A stretch of 63,316 bases of DNA, the filler included, from Squatina squatina (lineage: Eukaryota), in assembly GCA_031763465.1 (NCBI GenBank). It is 4 parts of 4 records of this genome, joined end to end, with 100 filler letters (N's around TTAATTAATTAA, not from the genome) between each part and the next. Parts side by side here need not be neighbours in the genome. Positions count along the whole stretch, not along the records: positions 1 to 15,494 come from JARFOE010000046.1; 3 more parts are not named here. One strand, written 5' to 3'. The translations under genes and the position numbers were made by a program. The notes under the pieces were generated by a model that did no database searches, was not told the origin of the DNA, and saw only the letters and a list, made by a program, of their open reading frames with translations. The first letter of the stretch is position 1, and every line of letters begins with the position of its first letter. Shown piece by piece: positions 1-13,915 of the stretch.

Positions 1-1980
1 ACGTAGTTTACAGTTTAGTTTCTTGACTACTTAGCTGATCTGGATTAAGTTATGGGCAGTGAAATTAAATATCTACCTGTAGCACACGTACAGCAACTCC
101 TTCTCGCTCTTCTCCCAATTCCGGCCCTTTACAAATTCCCAAATAAAACACACTGGTTAAGTGCACTCCGTTTAATCCTGTTATGTGCAGACCGTTATAT
201 TTGGTATTGACAGGTGGGTTACATTGGTGTAGATGACAAAAAACTCTGTACTTTAGGGTAAGCACCAATTTGCATATCAATCAACATAATCCCTTTCCAG
301 AAACCATTCTAGAAGGTCAACTACAGACAGTAAGCAAAAACTTGGATTAGTTCATTTATCACAATATTTGGATGCTTTCTAATTACTTACCTAATCCGGT
401 GTCAATATCCACATATATTTCAAGGACATGATATGTTTAAAATCAAAAAGTCAAAAGTATTGTCTTTTCAGATCAATGTTTTTTCAACTGTTTTTCATGA
501 GCAGTAAAATTTCTTCTGTGCACCATGTGCCACAAAATCTTTTTACAGAACAGGTTTACATGAAAGAGGACTCCATCTCAGCTATTCTATAATTGTGTCT
601 TGCAGTTGTTGGACTCTCTTTTACATAAACCTTCCCTTGAAACAAAACCTGAATGATGCAAAATGGTAGTTTGATTGAAGGTGTGACTTGCAACTACTTT
701 TTACAGGAAAAGCCTGTTTATATATTTTGACCGGTATCTCACTTAATATTTGGAGGCAAATCTGAAATTTCAAACCGTATTCTTGCACAAAAATAAATAA
801 TGCAGGTCATCTTTAATCGAGAGAACTGGAATTTTTCAAAACACACACCAAAAAAGTGCAATGGCAAATCGATCATTGAACAAATTACAGGCTCTCTGTA
901 TCTGCAAAATAACAGTTCTCAAAACTCCAGCAGCATAATTTGTCGTGGTTACTCGCTTTTGCTTCGAGCTAGACATACGCATGTATCCTGCGCGCTATGT
1001 ATGGGCAAATCTTTCATTTTTCTTTCATTACCCCGGCATGTACTGTCACTTAATTCTTATGTATGCAATCCTTCCTGACAAATATGAGACGCTGCCTGGT
1101 AATTCGTTTGACGTTCATTCTGTTCTTTGCTCTAATTATTGCTTCTTTCTCTGACATTGAGTAGGCCGTGCTGCCAGAGTCCGATAGTACACCTGTCAGA
1201 CTGGTCGCGGCGCTGTCGAATACTCTTTTATGCCAATTTGATGTCAGGAAGTAGAAAAAGAGGGCAAAAAAAATTAGAGGATAAAGGCCATTTGCATATG
1301 GTTTCTTCCAATGCATGGGTCAGCAGCTTTATCAAATGACAACATGGGGGTGTTTTCTAAGGAAACAATTTCCACACATATAGATCTAGTTCCATGAGGC
1401 ACATATGAAAAGGCGTATTTATTCTTTATGCGCGCACAATGCCCTTTACCAGGTTTAGATTATATTTCCAACCAAATCGATAACAAAAAAAATCATGTAA
1501 GAAACTATACCACCCCCCTCCCCCTTCACCCTGTTCTACTGGTTTCTTCCTCACAGCAAAAGTAGCTTCTCTGTTCAAGATATGCAGACATGTTAAGCCT
1601 GTGGGGACTATGCATTTTTGAAGAGAAAAAAAAAATCATTACTTTGTCCAGAGCAATGTCAAACAAAATGTCAGATATGTTACGTTAGGTCAAAGCAAAC
1701 AAGGGATTGTAATTTAAGAAGTCAAAATCATCAGCAGACTCCTCAAGCAGTGCTGGGCTTTTCAATGTTATTCATTGTAATTGAGGTTGTGGCATCTTGT
1801 ATTGTATTGCTTAGAGTTTCAAGTCGGTCTACACGACTGTATTTGTTCAGTTTATCTCCAGTATTGGACAATTTTGAAAGCAAGATATTACAACATTAGA
1901 TTGGCAATCATGAACCTGGTGTGGAAATCTCGAGGTGTCATTTACTACCTAAAAAAATGAAGAAGATTGTAGACAACTGA

Positions 1981-2080
1981 ATAAATAGAATCTCCACATA
2001 ACACAACAGAACCAGTGAGGGACACTTTGACAGTTACATGACGGTCACTGGTTCTGTTGTGTGGAGATTCTATTCATTTA
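1981..2080. repeat. Imperfect inverted repeat/hairpin (MITE-like)
   Basis: aatagaatctccacataacacaacagaaccagtga pairs with tcactggttctgttgtgtggagattctatt (one 5-nt bulge, ~26-nt loop). Confidence 0.7.
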
Positions 2081-3191
2081 GCTGGATATTTTTTTAAGTA
2101 ATTGTTTGACTAATATGTATAAATTGTGCAATAGAATCTACACCCACCTTATAAAAATGCTCCATAGGGGGAGGGGGAGGGGGAAGGAAGATTTCATATT
2201 TTTAAATGCTCAGATTTAGAAAGNNNNNNNNNNNNNNNNNNNNNNNNNNNNNNNNNNNNNNNNNNNNNNNNNNNNNNNNNNNNNNNNNNNNNNNNNNNNN
2301 NNNNNNNNNNNNNNNNNNNNNNNGAAAAGGACCCGTTTATTCCTACTCTTTGCTTAAAATGCTTTTAAGGTTGAGCTACATCCGTGCACTGAAATAAAAC
2401 GTATTTGGCAGCTTGCTGTTCAAGCACAGCAGTGCATCCGTTGGTCAGAAACTCCTTTATTAACACCCAATCTTCAGAGTTATTAGTTGCAAGAGGAACT
2501 TGATGAGTATCTGTTCATTCACCACGAGAGGAGATTTGCTCAATGGTTAAACTATGGCTACGTTTTTTAATAAACCGATTTACAATTTTCTTGCACATTG
2601 GGCACAAAGGAAATTGTCCCTGAAGGAGACCAATTTAGCAACTTCCAGGCTGGAGGAGTTGAAGACTCTGACACCAGCACTGTTACTCACATGACCACAA
2701 ACAAAGAGTGATTGCGGTTTATACAGTTAAAAAAAAACCTTAGTGTTTCCTTACAGTTTTAATCAGGCTTGAATTCCTCTTTAAATTCAGGCAATGTAGA
2801 CCAGGGAAGGCACATTCCCTCTGTAGTCAGTCATTGCACACCTACTGAATAAACAACCCAGTATTAAACGATGCCCTGACTTTCCCCACTAAGCCCTTTG
2901 TGACCAGATACCAGGCTAATCAAATGTGCATGGTGTCTTCAGTCATTATGGTAAGAAACAGAAGTGTCTATAATGTGGGCCATTCCCTGTGGACCTGTAG
3001 CCNNNNNNNNNNNNNNNNNNNNNNNNNNNNNNNNNNNNNNNNNNNNNNNNNNNNNNNNNNNNNNNNNNNNNNNNNNNNNNNNNNNNNNNNNNNNNNNNNN
3101 NNNNNNNNNNNNNNNNNNNNNNNNNNNNNNNNNNNNNNNNNNNCCACTAAACTGAACTCTGGTTTTCGATGGAAAGGAATGTTTTTTTTAC

Positions 3192-3300
3192 CTCTGTGCA
3201 TCACCCTTCGGGAGTGCATGTGTTCGACTGCGCTGCATAGCTGCACAAAATATTTCCATATCGTTCTTTCTGGGATTAGCCTCTTTTGCTTTTTGAAGTA
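3192..3300 (-). CDS. NEK6: NEK6 kinase internal exon ([36 protein letters not shown])
   Basis: Translation matches NEK6/7 up to the HRD motif. YFKK and SAVEH favour NEK6 over NEK7. Acceptor CAG (3301-3303), donor GTAAAA; phase 0 in, phase 1 out. Confidence 0.95.
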
Positions 3301-6105
3301 CTGTGGAAACAATGAATAAAAGATGAATGAATAAACAATGAGGTTTAGACTCAGGCACTATGACTCCAGGAACAAGTGCCATTCATGCAGCGATTGCTGA
3401 AGTGTTGCATAACAAAAAGCATTATTCATATTCACATTACCATTTAACTCATTGCCTCCTGGACGAACATTTGGTGCTCTGGCGATTTCTAATTATTTCA
3501 ATGAAAAACCCCAACTAGAAGCTGTGCTCTGGATTGGTCACAAATCGTTAATTAGTAGAGGTGAGATTAATTAGGTTGCATTAATTAAAGGAAATACCAC
3601 TAAAAACAGTCAGCATCTGTGAGGTTTCAGTTATTAATTCATAGCAGCTAGGAACATGTTTCCCAAAGCCAATAATTTTGTTACTTCAAAGGGATTTCTA
3701 TCCTGCCGGATGCCAGAGCAAGCTAATGATCAATTTTTGTCATTTTAATAAATTATGCAGCTAATCATTTCCTAAATCAAATCAATTGGATCAAATGTTA
3801 CTGATACTGACATTTGTATGGGCCTGGGTCCAACCAAGTAAGGCAAAGCATTAGGTAAACAAGGCTGTTGGGCCATAGGCTGCCTTGTGTTTTTTCCATA
3901 GAATAATGAATAATCAGCAATGACTTATCGGTGTCTATATGGGTCTGTGTCTGTATGGTACCGTGTGTTTGGGAGCGACTTCCCAAAATTGACTAACCAT
4001 TATATTCCAGGTACCTTTATTCCTGATTTTCCTGACCGTCAACTTGACTTAGTTGCGCAGGTAAGAGTGTGCTGTGGCCAACTAAAGCATCTCCAAAACC
4101 ATCCCAGCTAAGGCAGCACAGACCACGGATCACGTCTGGGATGCTCCTGATCGCGATGGCTTAATGCAACACTGTGTAGCGCATTTAACCACGGAGCCAT
4201 CAGGGCAGCTGTCTTTGCTTTCATGGAGGTGGAGGTACCAATTGGCCCCTGACCATTTCTTAGGTTAGGATCAGCTGCAGATTTAAATACAGCTTGCATG
4301 CATTCCATTGAAATCTGCAACAAAGAAAATACTTCCCTGATGTTGCTGCAAATGAGAGCTACAGACTTAAAAGTCAGACCTGTCAGTTGCCACACATCCT
4401 NNNNNNNNNNNNNNNNNNNNNNNNNNNNNNNNNNNNNNNNNNNNNNNNNNNNNNNNNNNNNNNNNNNNNNNNNNNNNNNNNNNNNNNNNNNNNNNNNNNN
4501 NNNNNNNNNNNNNNNNNNNNNNNNNNNNNNNNNNNNNNNNNNNNNNNNNNNNNNNNNNNNNNNNNNNNNNNNNNNNNNNNNNNNNNNNNNNNNNNNNNNN
4601 NNNNAGTGGCACATCTAACTTAAGAACACTCATCAAACACTCATCATTTAAAATAATAATATAAACCAAAGAGTTACCGTCTATCCGAAGGCCGTAAATC
4701 CCATCAGCACAATATCAAAGATGCACATTTTAACAATTAATGGGTTCAAATCACACTGTGCAGTATTGAAAACAAACATGAAGTTCCGCTATCTGCTATT
4801 TTAACAAAGGCATTAACCCTTTTATGCTAATACATTCCTTACTAATATTGCACAATACGATTTCAACCCCTAAATTTTTGAGTACACTATGTGGATAATT
4901 TGCAATGCTAAAATAATTCAATGGAATATTTATAAATGTCTTGCACCAACAATATTATGTGTGAATGACTACAGTATATTCTGTTTATTCACATTATTCT
5001 ATAAACATTCCTTTGTGTTGCACAGGTAATTGTGACTGGTAATTATTTGTTCAATAGCAAACTGGAGTTGTTTCTTTTTTCCTTTTTTTAAATTTATCTT
5101 TCATCTGCCTGACTAGGTTCAATACTCACAATGGAATAGTTATTTAAATCAGCTGACATTTAACTAAAAGAGAACCCAATTCCTCATTTGGTTTATGCAG
5201 TAATGTCCCATGAGTACCAATCTGTAATCCTTCATAAATAATTCATTAAAAAGACAATACTGTTGAAGGAAATTTGACAAAGCATTTGTTGTATGCAGTT
5301 GTTACTTGATAATCTAGCCATGTTTGTCGCTGGCAAATTCTGCTGCATAAGCAAGTCACATTTATTGGAAGAAAATTATTCAAAGCGGTGTGTTAAAATG
5401 TGTCAAAATTTGAAGATTTCTACATTAACAAACTTCAATTAGTGAGCTATAACTGAAATCCGTTTCCATATCTGACCTCTTCCCTAAGTGCTATTATAGG
5501 AATATGTTATCTGAGCCAATCCAAATTCTGAGAAATGGCAGTATGAGCCCCATAACAAGGAATGTACAACTACTATATATTACTTCACTTTGTTAAATCA
5601 CAAATTGTAGTCCCTGGCACACCACAAGTATTGTACTGAAGCTCTGGGCTTCTGGCTAGTGCCAGGATTCAAATCTTTTTCTCTGCTCTCACTTGTGACT
5701 GGGTCTCCCTCGCAGAATGTTTTATTTTTCCCAGTGAGTTTCGGCCAGGGTATCAGAGGAGCGAAAACTGTCTAAAGGATGGTACTGATAGCTGGAGTAT
5801 CTCACTTTNNNNNNNNNNNNNNNNNNNNNNNNNNNNNNNNNNNNNNNNNNNNNNNNNNNNNNNNNNNNNNNNNNNNNNNNNNNNNNNNNNNNNNNNNNNN
5901 NNNNNNNNGTTTTATCTCCACACTGATGAGTTGCAGTATACAATCCTACAAATGTGTTACTGTGTTTCACTCTATATTCTGCATTAGCAATAATTCATTG
6001 GTAAATAATCATTTTAGTGCCAGATTTTCAGCACTAGATCATCTTGTTAAGTGCCCAAGGATAATCCTGACTTCTTGACTTGCTCAAAGATCTTGCTCTC
6101 CTCAC

Positions 6106-6216
6106 CTTAATCATCTGAGAGAGATCGCCTGCATCTGCTAATTCCAGAGCGATGTTCAGCTCATTGTCCTCAATAAATGAGTCCAAATACTTAATTATAT
6201 TGGGATGATTCAATTG
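6106..6216 (-). CDS. NEK6: NEK6 internal exon ([37 protein letters not shown])
   Basis: Read manually (below the ORF cutoff). 111 bp, CAG acceptor, GTGAG donor, phase 0/0, joins both neighbouring exons in frame. Confidence 0.95.
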
Positions 6217-8164
6217 CTGCAGGATAAAGAAAGAGAAATAAATGAGTGTTCTAGTAATATGGCTTCACGATACTGATTCCAACCTGTCTCTTCAATTAAC
6301 ATTATTTTTGATGGCTTTGATTCAATTTTTAAGAAAACGTCACATAGATTCCATTACCCAAACAGCAGTAGATGCTATTAGGAATATTTTTAGCATTACA
6401 TACAAGAGGACAAATTACTAACAAAAGAGGTTGCCTCATTAAAAAGTACCTTTAACATGAAAAGAAGCAACATTGGCTATGTTTAAAGAGGAAGCATTAC
6501 CATCAGTAACTTCTTTTAAAAAGTTAATCCATCATTGTCACCTTTATCACAAGAATAAATGGAGTATGTTATTGCAAATCTTCTGTCTCTCAACCCATAC
6601 TGTAAAAGGAATGGTAGCATAGTGGTTATGTTACTGGACTAATGATCTGAGAGGCAAAAGTTCAAATCCCACCAGNNNNNNNNNNNNNNNNNNNNNNNNN
6701 NNNNNNNNNNNNNNNNNNNNNNNNNNNNNNNNNNNNNNNNNNNNNNNNNNNNNNNNNNNNNNNNNNNNNNNNNNNCCACCATACCACTTGGAAGCCACCT
6801 TCAGGTTAATATCCGGGCCATAGTCTGTGACAAAATTCTCATGAACAAAGAAAGCACTGTGGCATTGAGAGACTCCGAGTCAATCGGCTGCTTCTAGAAT
6901 GCTAACTGTCAGCTCACTGCCCGTGAAATGCTACAACATTGAAATAATCCCAGCCGCTACCTCAAGTGTCCTGGTCATCAGGCCTCTGCACAAAACAGTA
7001 TAACAGTGAGATGTTCCCAGCCATTACTTTGGGAATCCCAGCAACCAGCTCTCTACCTGTAAAACACAGTGGCATTGAGCTAGTCCCAGGCCACTGTCTC
7101 GGCAATCATAACTGCAAGCATTTTGCATTTTAAAAAGGAAGCATTCATTTTTATAATGTACATACTGCCTGAAGATGAAACTTTTAATCCCAAATATTCA
7201 GACACAAAACAGATGGAGAGTGCAGTGGGCTTGAACATATTACTGATGTCTAACTAGGGAGGTGACTATGGTCACAGCCTAGAATATCCTAGACTATTAC
7301 CAGCAGTAACAACAGCACCCGTGTGCCCAGTGAGTCCCAGTCAGTTTAATGAGTTTAAACTTGACAACCTTGATAGAAAATTTTCTGATTGAAAATGGCC
7401 ATGTTTAAACTGCTATTAAAAAAAGCATTATTGCAAAAGCTGCTTCAGACTCCCAGTCTGCCATCACATGGGCTCCTGCCAAGCAGCCAGTTTGTGTAGA
7501 TCAAGAATTTTTGGCTTTGCACGCCAGAAAAATTCCTGAGGACAATACTCCTTTTATATCCCTTTTATACTAGGAATCAAAATTAAACTCAGATGGTATT
7601 GATCTTAACAGATTTGGCCACGTTAATTTTGGGCGGCACTTTATCCTTGAGCCAGTGCGTGCCTGACACCTTATAATTCTCAGCTGGTACCTCATATTGG
7701 CAAGTAGCCTGGAGAGGCAGGAGATGAGCAGTGACTCAAATCGGCAAGGTTTTACTGAGGCCAGCTGGCGAAATGTGGGTTTACTATTTGAATTTGTCTG
7801 TGTGGGAGGGTAAACCTGCTTGCGTTTTACTAATCCTCAGATAAACAGCCCCACAGCAGAAAGTTTATGAGAGGGTTGTGCTGTCTATATCTGCGTGAGC
7901 AAACCATTTGAAATATTACTCACGGTTGAAGTTAACTGTAAGAGCAGACACCGAGTGGAATAGGTGCAGTCCACGGAAAGTGAGATAGTACGTTGTAAAA
8001 GGAGATATGATGGACAGAAAGGAACAAATTCAGTTGTTTGCTCAGTACCATTACAGTGATATCTACCGGGATGAATCTCATGCTCTAAGTAAAACGGAAA
8101 CGCTTCGACAGACATAATTTACCCAGGATATATTGGATTTTGGAGGTCAAATTTCTCAAAATTA

Positions 8165-8358
8165 CAGCTAGATCATTCAGGGGTGATGTCAGCAAGCACT
8201 TCTTCACACAAAATGTAGTGGATATCTGGAACTCTCTCCCGATAACAGCTGTTGAGGCTAGGTCAATTGGAAATTTCAAAACTGAGATTTGTAGCTGTTG
8301 CTAGGCAAGGGTATTAAGGTTAGTTTAGCAAGGTGGGTAGATGGAGTTGAGCTACAGA
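8165..8358 (+). mobile_element. CR1 LINE 3' fragment
   Basis: Resembles the CR1 3' region at 16330-16550 and 21570-21840 (ttcttcacacaa...ggaactctctccc...ggtattaagg). Confidence 0.7.
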
Positions 8359-9790
8359 NNNNNNNNNNNNNNNNNNNNNNNNNNNNNNNNNNNNNNNNNN
8401 NNNNNNNNNNNNNNNNNNNNNNNNNNNNNNNNNNNNNNNNNNNNNNNNNNNNNNNNNNCTGCTGAATGGATTTCATAGAGCATTGGATGTGATAACAGTT
8501 TATAATTTAATCAGAGTCATCAAAGTACCTGTTGTGTAAACTAATGCACACAACACAAGGACTGTCTGGTGTAAAAGTTACATAAGTAATGGATTCATTC
8601 AGCCTGCAGCAGTTGCATTTGATTGGATTTACAGCTGAATGGTAGCCAATTATTGAGTATGAGCATTGTGGAGATCTTTATCTCTACAGGTGTCGATATC
8701 TTGCTTGGGCATTGTTCAATGGGCCCTGGCTGTCCTTTAGTAAATCACAGGAACCTTGGCAGAGCACTGGTCGGCTTTTTGATTGTAGGGGCATCACAGC
8801 TGGCATGTCCCATGGTGTCCTGCAGCTGGCAATGTTCACTCCGGAGTGAGAACATGGTCTGACTTTTCTCTCCCTAACCCATGGTGCTGAAGCTAACTGC
8901 AGCACCCCTACCGCTGTCTCGACTGAAGAGCTCAGCTCAGACCAAAGATTCAACCTGCGGCCTTTAAGTCGATGTGGCTCAACAACTCACAGGGCAACTT
9001 CAATGTGCCACCAAATGAGCTAGTGCTGTGTAGTTATTTACTGTGGCTAACAATCCAAGTTGGAAACACATGCCCCACAGCCCTCACTGTTGGCCTGGGC
9101 TGTGGGAAGTAGAGATTTATATCAGGCTAATGAAAAAAAAATCCCTGATGGAAATCTTATGCTGTTTTCTGCTGAGCGGAAAAATTCAACACATGAGTCG
9201 GGCAGATAACTTAATACATCCTGGCACATGAACTAAACTGAACCAGGGCCTCCCGAACTGTAAACCCTGGGATCACTCTGAAATGTGAAATGAATGCGAT
9301 CTCTACAGGACTGTAAGTGTAAACAGGATAATGTAAAGCTCACAGCTTGACTGCCACAGCAGGTGCTGAACACCCAAACACAACCTTTGCTAGATGTGGT
9401 TTCCTGAGCTCTTTCCCTTAGCTCTTCCTCAGCACCACGCACCAATCCTCATCTCTGAGACTCAAGGTGACCTGCTCCCAACGTAACCCTATAACTGGTT
9501 GCTAGGAGCTGTGTAAAAGTGACGCTTGGTTAATTCCTTTCTGTTTATCCTTCTCTCCTATAAGGAACACCACACTTCTCCTTGGAGCCTCCAGCTGATC
9601 CTATAGTTCTGAACAGCTACTCATTTTAGGGTAAAAACCCCAATGAACCTGTTCCTGGCATGAGCCAAAGTGAATACCACAAAATGATAGACTCCCAGCC
9701 CATAATTTACGCTCTGTTGATTTTAACGGACAGAAAACCAGGGGCAGGGGTGGATAATTTTATGACACGCACCAGAACTTTATGTGAGTA

Positions 9791-10245
9791 AAAGAAAGAA
9801 AGAATTTGTATTGATATAGCACCTTTCATGGCCCCGGGACATCCCAAATGGCTTCAGAGTTAATGAATTAGAACTGAAATGTAACCACTGTAACCCAGCA
9901 GAAGATTAGCACAGAGCATGGTTTCACAAACAGCAATGAGACGATTGAACAGTTATTGAGTATTTGATGGAGGGATATATATTGGTCAGGACGACTTCAA
10001 ATACTGCCAAGGGAGCTTTTACATTCACCTGAACAGGGAGACACGGCCTACCTGGTTTAATGTTCATCCGAAAGACAGAGGGAGAAAACCCGCCAGCTTT
10101 CCGTCTCTGCCAAAAGTGAAACTGACCCCCAGCACAAGGTAGGAAGCGCACCTTCAGTGTCAGCCTAGATTATGTGCTCAAATCCTTCGAATGGGGTTTG
10201 ACGACTCAGAGGTGAGTGTGTGCTACCAACTGAGCCAACTGGGAC
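9791..10245 (-). mobile_element. Deu-domain SINE (SacSINE1/AmnSINE1-like), degraded
   Basis: Shares tail (aaagaaagaa...tatagcacctttcatg) and core (tttaatgttcatccgaaagac) with the copies at 15249 and 19630. Confidence 0.75.
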
Positions 10246-10980
10246 AGTACAGTTGATAGAGAGATCTTGGATTTTTTTTTCTCTCATAACCAGATATGAT
10301 AATCGACTGGTTGTAACAGTAAAGCAGCTTGGCCCAGGCGGCTTTCATCAACATGTTGGGAGTCCCAGATGGTGGTGGGACACTTAAAGCTGCCAACATA
10401 TGTGAAAGGAATTTCATCAGTTCTCAGCCAGCCTGCTAAATGAAGTGTACCACTTTGGGGAACAGACTGCCACCCCATCTGCCCCGCAGCGAGTTTCCTC
10501 TCAGTAGAGCTTCACAGCTGCATTTCTGTTAAAAGTTGAAAGAAGTTTGCAGCTTGTGCATCCAGCCTTTGAGCTCAGGGAAAGATGCACAGAGTCATTT
10601 TGTTAAGTTCCGTAGGTTCATTAGCACCAAACAGCACAGACTAGCTTTTGGTCAGCTGAGGCTAGATTCTCTTCTCCTCGCTAAATTTTAGCAAACAGAT
10701 GGNNNNNNNNNNNNNNNNNNNNNNNNNNNNNNNNNNNNNNNNNNNNNNNNNNNNNNNNNNNNNNNNNNNNNNNNNNNNNNNNNNNNNNNNNNNNNNNNNN
10801 NNNNNNNNNNNNNNNNNNNNNNNNNNNNNNNNNNNNNNNNNNNNNNNNNNNNNNNNNNNNNNNNNNNNNNNNNNNNNNNNNNNNNNNNNNNNNNNNNNNN
10901 NNNNNNNNNNNNNNNNNNNNNNNNNNNNNNNNNNNNNNNNNNNNNNNNNNNNNNNNNNNNNNNGAGTCTTAACGCATTAC

Positions 10981-11043
10981 CTTTAAAAGGTCAATCTCAT
11001 TGATGCAGTCTTGCCTTGCTTTAGCATCCATCATTTCAAATAC
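10981..11043 (-). CDS. NEK6: NEK6 internal exon (VFEMMDAKARQDCINEIDLLK)
   Basis: 63 bp, TTTTAAG acceptor, GTAATG donor; alphaC-helix segment typical of NEK6/7. Confidence 0.93.
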
Positions 11044-12184
11044 CTTAAAAAGACAATTAAAAAAACAGAAACGTGATTTTATGAAAATAGTTCACATCCC
11101 AAGCATCAGAGCAAGAGCAGCTATTGCAGTCCATGGTTCTATCACTTCTCCCCTCTAACAAGAAACTTGGTCAGTCCTATGAAGCAATATCAGAGCTTGG
11201 TGTGAATATTTTGTCAAGCACAACATAAAATAATGCTTTTATTGTGACACAAAGATGCAAGACATGTGCCATTATACAAAGGTTGTGTTGCCCATCCCAG
11301 CATGTGTTTCTAAATATATGCAAGTCCTTATTGTGAAGTATTGAGGTGGTGTTAAGTTCAGAGCCAGCTGCTGTTGGCAGTGTGCTATAGAAAGTCTGGA
11401 AATAAGAACATAAGAAATAGGAGCAGGAGTCAGCCCCTCGAGCCTGCTCCAACAATATCATGACTGATCTTCTACCTCAACGCCATTCTCCTTTGCTAGT
11501 GAACAAATATTTCAAATGAATCTTCCAGGTTGTGATGACTGGTGATTACTGGCTGGTGGAGTATTAGTGATGTAATGTCAGGCTGGTCTAAGATTTAGGG
11601 AGGGTCCGATTGGAAAATCACTTCCAGTCCCCTCTCCAAGAGCAAGTTATATTTTCTAGGCAGCAGAGGTTAATTTTTTTAAATTAATTTGCATTGGCTT
11701 GCCTGGAAACATCCAAACTTCATTTTGTATACCGTGTAATGTCTGGAAGTAGCCAACTGTCCCATTGGTTCTTTCCCAATGTTGGCTGAAAATCTGCAGC
11801 CATATGTTTGACTCAACAAATATCTGTGGGATGGGGCCTTCTCCTTCTCCTTCTGACTGACCAGCTTCTGCTGGCGTTTCTGTTGACTGTATTAGTGCAT
11901 AGCAGGAACATGCAGGGAAAGAGAGAGGTATCTGTGAGTGGGTTTCATACTTCTCGTTTTTTCAAAACTCTGAACTGGTGGTAGATTTCCCGTGTGTGAT
12001 TTGTGTAATGGAATAGTAAACCCATTCATAAAGAACAATATTGTCACACATAGAGGAAATCTTCCTTCTATAGGATAATCCTTAGCTGCTGATTTGCCCT
12101 ATATGAGAATATTGGATGCCTTATGACATTGTAAGCAGGTATTATTGATGCAATGCAAAGGTGTTTTATGGCAAATTCTCTTAC

Positions 12185-12325
12185 CTGAACTTTTTTTAGT
12201 GCAACTGCTTTTCCATTATGAAGGTAAGTTGCTCGATACACTTCACTGAACTGTCCCCGGCCTATTTTCTTCTCTATCCGGAAATCTGCCAGTCTGCTAT
12301 GATAGGTGTATGTTGGTGTGTGCCT
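12185..12325 (-). CDS. NEK6: NEK6 exon with Gly-rich loop and ATP-binding Lys (RHTPTYTYHSRLADFRIEKKIGRGQFSEVYRATYLHNGKAVALKKVQ)
   Basis: IGRGQFSEVY and VALKK kinase motifs; 141 bp, CAG acceptor, GTAAGA donor. Confidence 0.95.
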
Positions 12326-13045
12326 CTGTTCAAGAGAAAAAAGCAACTGCTCAGCATCATTTATTTCATCAATGAAGAAAATACTTAAGTAGATGGATAA
12401 ACATTTTCAAATTCAGATTTATCATCAGATTGTGCTTTGTGCACCGTTTCAGGATTAGTCTGGTTTAAGCTCCACAAATGTAACTCTTTAGCCGTCAGAT
12501 TTACTACGGTGCTCCCGTAATGGCTGAGTTAGAGAGTGGAACTGAGTCATACATAAAAGAAAGATCTCAGGTTTGATGGCCCTGTGTGCATTGAGTTTCT
12601 TCGTTTCAGCTGGGGTAGGTGGACAGGCAGCTGCAATTGACAGGGCTACTGGAGTATGTTGGGGACCTTTTTGTGTTTCTCAGTGTTCTCTTTGAGGACC
12701 AGTGTGAATAGTAGAAGGATTTTCCAGCTGATAACAGTCTGACTGGCCACATTAATGCTTCTCCCATGGCCGTAACCATCTTTATACCAGCCGATAGGTT
12801 GATTAGTCCTATATGGCAGGAGGGTTTTATGGGCTCCCACAACCCATACAATGGGTTAGGGGTGGGGGCACTCACATCCACTGGACGCGAGTATCCCACT
12901 GGACGTCAACCCAGAATTCAAAGCCGGAGCTCCAACTCCACTCGCCGGGACTGTCGTTTGAACCCTACATCGTCTGGCCCAGGTGCAGGGAATGCTACCA
13001 CTGAGCCAAAGGCTCACTCCATGCTTGGCTGCTGTTCCATAATAC

Positions 13046-13088
13046 TTGGCTTGTCAAATTATCGACAGGTCCGAGTGCAGATTGGTGC
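13046..13088 (-). CDS. NEK6: Candidate NEK6 upstream exon (HQSALGPVDNLTSQ)
   Basis: CTACACAG acceptor and CAA|GTATTA donor in phase 0. LGPVxxxxxQ aligns with the LGPVHPPDPQ that precedes the same junction in mammalian NEK6 (recalled). Confidence 0.55.
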
Positions 13089-13438
13089 CTGTGTAGGAAG
13101 AACACTATCGATGAGAGTAGTAAACTGTGTGCAAGTTAAATTTAAAGTGATGGGAACAATTAAAGGGAAGTGTCACAGTTGCATGGTAAAAAAAAACCTT
13201 TACAAAGGCTCAAAAGGCATCTTAGTCAATCAGCAGCCTTTGCCAAGGCTGAAGGGACAGGAGATTATGGAGAAGGAAAGCCTATATGCTGGCATGTTTA
13301 CAGGCAAGTGATAGAGCAACCTGGCCCCCTGTCTGATGNNNNNNNNNNNNNNNNNNNNNNNNNNNNNNNNNNNNNNNNNNNNNNNNNNNNNNNNNNNNNN
13401 NNNNNNNNNNNNNNNNNNNNNNNNNNNNNNNNNNNNNN

Positions 13439-13850
13439 GGGCGGGCCGGGTCAGCCACTGGAGGATCGTGGCCGGCCTCGTCATCATCGCTGTGGGGAGG
13501 GTCTCCGATTGTGGGGGAGGGGTATGGTCAGGACCCTGGATCTCGGAGGTCAGTATAAAGCCACTTGCCTACTGGATGCAGCAATCTCTGCCTCTGTTTA
13601 ACTGTCGGGTTTCACGAATTGTGTGAAACTCATCCACAGGCAGTAAAACACAAAATGGAGCCTCATTTCAATATTTAAATTGAGGTACCAGCCCTCTGGG
13701 AGCAGGTTTGCTGCCCGCCCCCCACCCCGCCTCCGTTAAAATCGGAAGTGGGCAGGTTGGAGGCGGGATCAGGTCAAGAGTCACATTTTTAACAATTTAA
13801 TTGCCCCGACGCTCCAACCTCACCCATTTTTTGACTGGAAAATTCCGGCC
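13439..13850. mobile_element. Non-autonomous DNA transposon fragment (probably Harbinger-type)
   Basis: GC-rich segment ending in a TIR-like ggaaaattccggcc, similar in style to other element ends in the window; non-coding. Confidence 0.4.
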
Positions 13851-13915
13851 TTTGTGTGGATATCAAAAACTACAAACATCATGACATAATTGAACCTAAT
13901 TTTAACACTGTTTAC

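Noticed and set aside
800-1339. Cluster of short overlapping ORFs with slightly raised CpG in a NEK6 intron
   Set aside because: No kinase or other motif, and no consistent splice signals; possible non-coding conservation cannot be judged from this sequence alone.
12766-13311. 181-aa plus-strand ORF antisense to NEK6
   Set aside because: No recognisable domain or splice structure; the minus-strand candidate exon explains the only protein-like part.
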